64,000 nucleotides of DNA from Macrostomum hystrix (taxonomy: Eukaryota; Animalia; Platyhelminthes), in the NCBI GenBank assembly GCA_950097015.1, contig CATNEN010000029.1, positions 2,728,001 to 2,792,000 on the forward strand, in the 5' to 3' direction. Positions within the stretch are counted from its first letter, which is position 1. Each line of letters opens with the position of its first letter. The notes beneath the pieces were generated by a model, which was given only the letters and a program-made list of their open reading frames with translations, searched no databases and was not told the origin of the DNA. Below are positions 61,958 through 64,000 of the stretch, in pieces. A program made the position numbers and the translations under genes.

Positions 61958-64000
61958 TGATCCCATACTGCTATGATCCCAAACCGCTATGATCCCAAAC
62001 CGCTATGATCCCAAACCGCTATGATCCCAAACCGCTATGATCCCAAACCGCTATGATCCCAAACTACTATGATCACAAACTTCTGTGATCCCAAACCGCA
62101 ATGATTGCAAACTGCTTTGATGCCAAACTGCAATAATCGCAAACAGCAATGATCCCAAACTGCACTGATCCCATACTGCTTTGATCCGAAACTGCTATGA
62201 TCCTAAAATGCTTTGATCCCAAACCGCTATGATCCCAAACCGCTATGATCCCAAACCGCTATGATCCCAAACTACTATGATCCCAAACTGCTGTGATCAC
62301 AAACTTCTGTGATCCCAAACCGCAATGATTGCAAACAGCAATGATCCCAAACTGCACTGATCCCATACTGCTTTGATCCGAAACTGCTATGATCCTAAAA
62401 TGCTTTGATCCCAAACTGCTATGATCCCAAACTGCTCTGATCCCATACTGCTATGATCCCAAACTGCTCTGATCCCATACTGCTTTGATCCGAAACTGCT
62501 TTGATCCCAAACTGCTATGATCCGCAACTGCTTTGATCCCAAACTGCTCTGATCCCATACTGCTTTGATCCCAAACTGCTATGATCCTAAACTGCTATGA
62601 TCCCAAACTGCTTTGATCCCAAACTGCTATGATCCTAAACTGCTATGATCCCAAACTGCTATGATCCCAAACTGCTTTGATCCCAAACTGCTTTGATCCC
62701 AAACTGCTATGATCCCAAACTGCTCTGATCCCATACTGCTTTGATCCGAAACTGCTTTGATCCCAAACTGCTATGATCCGCAACTGCTTTGATCCCAAAC
62801 AGCTATGATCCCAAACTGCTCTGATCCCATACTGCTTTGATCCCAAACTGCTATGATCCTAAAATGCTTTGATCCCAAACTGCTGTGATCCCAAACTGCT
62901 TTGATCCCAAACTGCTGTGATCCCAAACTGCTCTGATCCCAAACTGCTGTGATCCCAAACTGCTTTGATCCCACACTGCTGTGATCCCAAACTGCTTTGA
63001 TCCCAAACTGCTTTGATCCCAAACTGCTTTGATCCCAAACTGCTTTGATCCCAAACTGCTTTCATCCCAAACTGCTCTGATCCCAAACTGCTTTGATCCG
63101 AAACTGCTTTGATCCCAAACTGCTGTGTTCCCAAACTGCTATGATCCCAAACTGCTGTGATCCCAAACTGCTATGATCCCAAACTGCTATGATCCCAAAC
63201 TGCTGTGTTCCCAAACTGCTATGATCCCAAACTGCTATGATCCCAAACTGCTATGATCCCAAACTGCTATGATCCCAAACTGCTATGATCCCAAACTGCT
63301 GTGTTCCCAAACTGCTATGATCCCACACTGCTGTGATCCCAAACTGCTGTGATCCCAAACTGCTTTGATCCCAAACTGCTTTGATCCCAAACTGCTGTGA
63401 TCCCAAACTGCTTTCATCCCAAACTGCTCTGATCCTAAACTGCTTTAATCCGAAACTGCTTTGATCCCAAACTGCTGTGTTCCCAAACTGCTATGATCCC
63501 AAACTGCTGTGATCCCAAACTGCTGTGATCCCAAACTGCTTTGATCCGAAACTGCTTTGATCCCAAACTGCTATGATCCGAAACTGCTCTGATCCCAAAC
63601 TGCTTTGATCCCACACTGCTATGATCCCAAACTGCTTTGATCCGAAACTGCTTTGATCCCAAACTGCTATGATCCGCAACTGCTTTGATCCCAAACAGCT
63701 ATGATCCCAAACTGCTCTGATCCCATACTGCTTTGATCCCAAACTGCTATGATCCTAAAATGCTTTGATCCCAAACTGCTGTGATCCCAAACTGCTTTGA
63801 TCCCAAACTGCTGTGATCCCAAACTGCTCTGATCCCAAACTGCTGTGATCCCAAACTGCTTTGATCCCACACTGCTGTGATCCCAAACTGCTTTGATCCC
63901 AAACTGCTTTGATCCCAAACTGCTTTGATCCCAAACTGCTTTCATCCCAAACTGCTCTGATCCCAAACTGCTTTGATCCGAAACTGCTTTGATCCCAAAC
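61958..64000. repeat. 16-bp satellite GATCCCAAACTGCT(A/T/G)T, array 2, running off the window
   Basis: Direct reading; same family as 55505-56970; internal duplication with offset 896 (identical ORF ends at 62771 and 63667). Confidence 0.97.

Overview
Eukaryotic (animal) genomic DNA, not prokaryotic. It has spliceosomal GT-AG introns and GC-rich exons, and about 30 different minisatellite arrays (units 12-50 bp) cover roughly 45% of the window by my manual tally. This style suggests a free-living flatworm such as Macrostomum, but that is an inference with no search behind it. Genes read by hand: (1) an intronless protostome-type Toll-like receptor on the minus strand. It has a signal peptide, two LRR blocks each with cysteine caps, a TM helix and the start of a TIR domain, and it runs off the left edge, so the ORF track missed it. 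(2) A 4-exon dysbindin gene (minus). (3) An intronless 333-aa ORF of unknown function, possibly MAIP1-like (plus). (4) A 4-exon GDP-forming succinyl-CoA ligase beta gene, SUCLG2 (plus). (5) A multi-exon 12-cysteine, probably GPI-anchored surface protein (plus). Also present are a hAT-type MITE with TIRs and an 8-bp TSD, a tRNA-derived minisatellite, a satellite made of tandem CCAAT/YY1-like motifs, and a satellite cassette flanked by 90-bp direct repeats. Nearly all long ORFs in the supplied track are artefacts of stop-free repeats. Gene boundaries were indexed by hand; repeat boundaries are approximate (about +/-15 bp).
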